64,000 nucleotides of DNA from an uncultured candidate division Zixibacteria bacterium (GTDB taxonomy: Bacteria > Zixibacteria > MSB-5A5 > UBA10806 > 4484-95): positions 320,001 to 384,000 of the forward strand of contig CAXXKA010000010.1 in NCBI GenBank assembly GCA_963668625.2, in the 5' to 3' direction. Shown here in pieces: positions 61,388 through 64,000 of this stretch; the stretch's first letter is position 1; every line of letters begins with the position of its first letter. The position numbers and the translations under genes were made by a program. The notes under the pieces were generated by a model, which did not search any database, had not been told where the DNA came from, and worked only from the letters and a program-made list of their open reading frames with translations.

Positions 61388-63322
61388 ATGTATAGAATTA
61401 TCATTTCAGTATTCATTGCTTTAAGTTTGGCGGTCTTTTTTCTAATCGCTTGCGAGGAGACAACCACCGAACCGGGGATTTACTCGGTTAACCTGAATGT
61501 TACCGTACCTGCGGGCGATGATGATTTCTCGGATATGGTAGGTAATACCGCCTCTTTGTATATCTATCAAAGTGAAACCGCCGTTGCTGCGATTTATAGC
61601 GGCAACGCTGATGTCACCAGCACCGGGTTCTCAATCGAAATTACGGAGATCGACGAGGCCGAATATTTTATGCTGCTGGTAATTGATTCGGATGGTACCC
61701 CGGCCAGCGGTTCGGTGATGGAGCGCGGCGATATTATCTGGGCCAGCATGGATGTTGACGTTAACGGCGCTCTGACTATCAATCTCGATAAAAGTTACCT
61801 GCAAAGGTATCACTCGGTGATGGTCGGCGTCCGCGGTTACGCATCAGCCAATGTAGGCGATTTAGTTGCCTGTGCTTTGATGGAAGACGGGGCAAGTTAC
61901 TGGAATCTTAACGATAATATCGAGTGGGGATCGTACCAGAAGTTATACAATCAAACCGCCGTATTCGCCTTGAGCCCGATCGGATCGAGCGATACCGGGG
62001 TCGATGATTCGCTCCAATACCAGGCCTGGATGAACGAAGAACTGGCTACCGACGATTACGATTTGTTCTTCCTGGTCGATGAGGATGGCACGATTGATGA
62101 TTACGAAGACGATGATGAACTCAATCCGCTCTCACCGGGCGATCTCTATTATGAGTACGGTTTCGACTATGACGCCTCGGAGGCGGCTGATATGTATACC
62201 TATCTCACAGCTACTTTCGCCGAAATACAATTCAGCGATATCACCCTGACCGTTAACTATACTATTCCGGATGACGAGGTTGCTCATGTAACCGGCGATA
62301 CCATCGCTTTATCGATCTGGTCAAACCCGGGAGATGAAAACCCGGTGTCTGAGACGGAGCAAGTAGTTTCCGGAGCGACAGGCTCATTGGCCCTGGATAG
62401 TATCCCGGAGGGGACATATGCAATAACTGTCACGATCGGTGATGAGGATGAGGGTTCACTCGAAGTGCAGGAAGAGTTTATCGCCTGGGCCGGTTTGGAT
62501 GTCGAGATAAGCGATGATTTAAGCATCGGTATAGGCGATTCCATGTGGCAGTATGTCGATGGGGACCTAGTGATCGGAGTTCGCGGTATTGACTCTCAAT
62601 ACGAGGGCGAGTTCGTTTTGCTGGCGCTTTTTGCCGATGCCGGTGATTACTACAATTTCCACAATTTCGAAAATTTCATAATGGCCGGCTACGGTTATGT
62701 ATTCAATAATGCTTGTGTGATCGTGCCGCATAACAACAATGAGCAAGATTCCGAGTTCGAGCTTGCACCGGGTAACTACGATCTGGTTGCGCTAATCGAC
62801 ACTAACGGTTCACCTGACTACTACGATGGTATAAACCTGGATTCCGTCGGTATGTGGAGCCCATACGAGGCTGGCGATCCATTCGATATAATCGACATAT
62901 CTTATGATACGACAGATTCCAATGGTGACCTCCAAATTTATACCGGCTCGTTCTCCAATATGCTTGCAGTTTCAGGTGCCGTGACCTGCTCCGCCTGGAC
63001 CTCCGGCGGTGGTGATATCTACATCCTGTCATTCGATTCGAATCCGTTCGAGGATGATTCGAGCAGTGGCGATAACGATCCACTTGCTTTTGATATTCTC
63101 AGTCAACCTGGCGCGTACGAATTCCCGGTGTTCCCGAATTTCAGTGGTTACGTTGTTGGTATGTGGGATGTCAATGACTCTGGTCTCGATGAGGGGCCTG
63201 ACGCCGGAGATTACATCGGTTTCTACGGCGACTCGATGGATTCGTTAACTCAAGTGCAAGTATTAAGCTCGGATGTTGACAACATCGATATTGTCATCGA
63301 ATTCGAATACTCTGAAGATTAA
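61388..63322 (+). CDS. Highly acidic lipoprotein with internal duplication
   Basis: Lipobox LIAC; D/E-rich; two homologous halves of about 250 aa. Confidence 0.7.
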   Translation: MYRIIISVFIALSLAVFFLIACEETTTEPGIYSVNLNVTVPAGDDDFSDMVGNTASLYIYQSETAVAAIYSGNADVTSTGFSIEITEIDEAEYFMLLVIDSDGTPASGSVMERGDIIWASMDVDVNGALTINLDKSYLQRYHSVMVGVRGYASANVGDLVACALMEDGASYWNLNDNIEWGSYQKLYNQTAVFALSPIGSSDTGVDDSLQYQAWMNEELATDDYDLFFLVDEDGTIDDYEDDDELNPLSPGDLYYEYGFDYDASEAADMYTYLTATFAEIQFSDITLTVNYTIPDDEVAHVTGDTIALSIWSNPGDENPVSETEQVVSGATGSLALDSIPEGTYAITVTIGDEDEGSLEVQEEFIAWAGLDVEISDDLSIGIGDSMWQYVDGDLVIGVRGIDSQYEGEFVLLALFADAGDYYNFHNFENFIMAGYGYVFNNACVIVPHNNNEQDSEFELAPGNYDLVALIDTNGSPDYYDGINLDSVGMWSPYEAGDPFDIIDISYDTTDSNGDLQIYTGSFSNMLAVSGAVTCSAWTSGGGDIYILSFDSNPFEDDSSSGDNDPLAFDILSQPGAYEFPVFPNFSGYVVGMWDVNDSGLDEGPDAGDYIGFYGDSMDSLTQVQVLSSDVDNIDIVIEFEYSED

Positions 63323-63354
63323 AATCCGGTTTGTAATTGAGATTTAGAATTGAG

Positions 63355-63384
63355 GCGCTGCTCAACCGGGCAGCGCTTTTTTTT
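63355..63384 (+). terminator. Intrinsic terminator
   Basis: GCGCTGCTC-aacc-GGGCAGCGC followed by T8. Confidence 0.8.
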
Positions 63385-63502
63385 GTTTTCAAACTCCGAT
63401 TTGGAAACAGATATATTCGATAAACCTGGTTTCGATTTTGATTTTATTTTCGATAGAATGTCAAAAAATACGTGGGTTACAAAATCGGAGTTTTGTAATC
63501 AG
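63385..63502. repeat. Free-standing REP-like inverted doublet resembling the MITE A cargo
   Basis: GTTTTCAAACTCCGATTTGGAAAC ... GTTACAAAATCGGAGTTTTGTAATCAG; each half is a hairpin and the halves are inverted relative to each other. Confidence 0.6.
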
Positions 63503-63557
63503 TACAGCTGGCTTAAGTCGGCTGAATAGAAACCGCAGCCCAGTGGCCGGTGGTAGT

Positions 63558-64000
63558 TTACTTGATACCCTTTATATGACGTCTTAAAACATCTAATGCA
63601 TAAAAAGCGGAGCGTTCTCGATTACGTTCCCTCACCGGACCGGCATTGTATTTTTTGGCAAACGATTCGTTCTTATTCGCCAGGCCTATGAATGTTAACC
63701 CGATTGGCTTCTCTGGCGTGGCACCGGTAGGGCCGGCGATACCGGTAATCGATATACCGTAATCCGCGCCGGTTAGTTTTCTGACGCCCTCGGCCATTGC
63801 TATTGCTGTTTGTTCCGATACCGCCCCATACTGCTCTAAAGTGGTTTCGGGTACGCCCAGCACCCTGGCTTTGATATCGTTGGAATAGGATATGACCCCG
63901 CCCAGAAAATACCGCGAGGCCCCGGGGATATCGGTTAGTGTTTTACCGAGGTAACCCCCCGTGCACGATTCGGCAACAGCCAACGTGCTCCGTGATTGAA
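63558..64000 (-). CDS. cinA: CinA/PncC nicotinamide-nucleotide amidohydrolase domain (runs off the window)
   Basis: LAVAESCTGG, GAVSE, ITGIAGPTG, EKPIG; frame open to the window end. Confidence 0.88.
   Translation of the reverse strand, partial: QSRSTLAVAESCTGGYLGKTLTDIPGASRYFLGGVISYSNDIKARVLGVPETTLEQYGAVSEQTAIAMAEGVRKLTGADYGISITGIAGPTGATPEKPIGLTFIGLANKNESFAKKYNAGPVRERNRERSAFYALDVLRRHIKGIK

Overview
Bacterial window of moderate GC. Secreted proteins ending in 'NYPNPFN...KMLLLK' Ig-like C-terminal domains, plus a dockerin-tipped gingipain-like protease, suggest an FCB-group organism such as Zixibacteria (inference only). Housekeeping content: motAB, rplY, prs, tRNA-Gln(TTG), ridA, pyrE, CIRCE-groES-groEL, znuABC-like, tldD/tldE, secA, glnA, gmd, ispE-spoVG, an M20 peptidase, yjbQ and a partial cinA. 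The clearest unexplained structure is a non-autonomous element present four times: 255 bp at 9177, 16958 and 60000, and 186 bp at 23322. Each copy has CACTAGTGTCCGGT-type terminal inverted repeats and its own perfect 9-bp target-site duplication. The full copies carry an inverted REP-like hairpin doublet, and one copy splits an HNH-like gene. A second TIR-bounded element (11398) also wraps a REP doublet, and free doublets fill several intergenic spaces. Other leads: a divergent locus with a Tat-signal TldD/TldE pair opposite an RRE-like/M50 protease/HlyD fusion (probable ATC start) and two GNATs; two adjacent probable pseudoenzymes; an NtrC-like regulator lacking GAFTGA; a Cys4 insert in SecA; and a possible ~49-kb inversion splitting ispE-spoVG from tRNA-Gln-prs-rplY. 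No CRISPR array, rRNA, integrase or transposase gene was seen.
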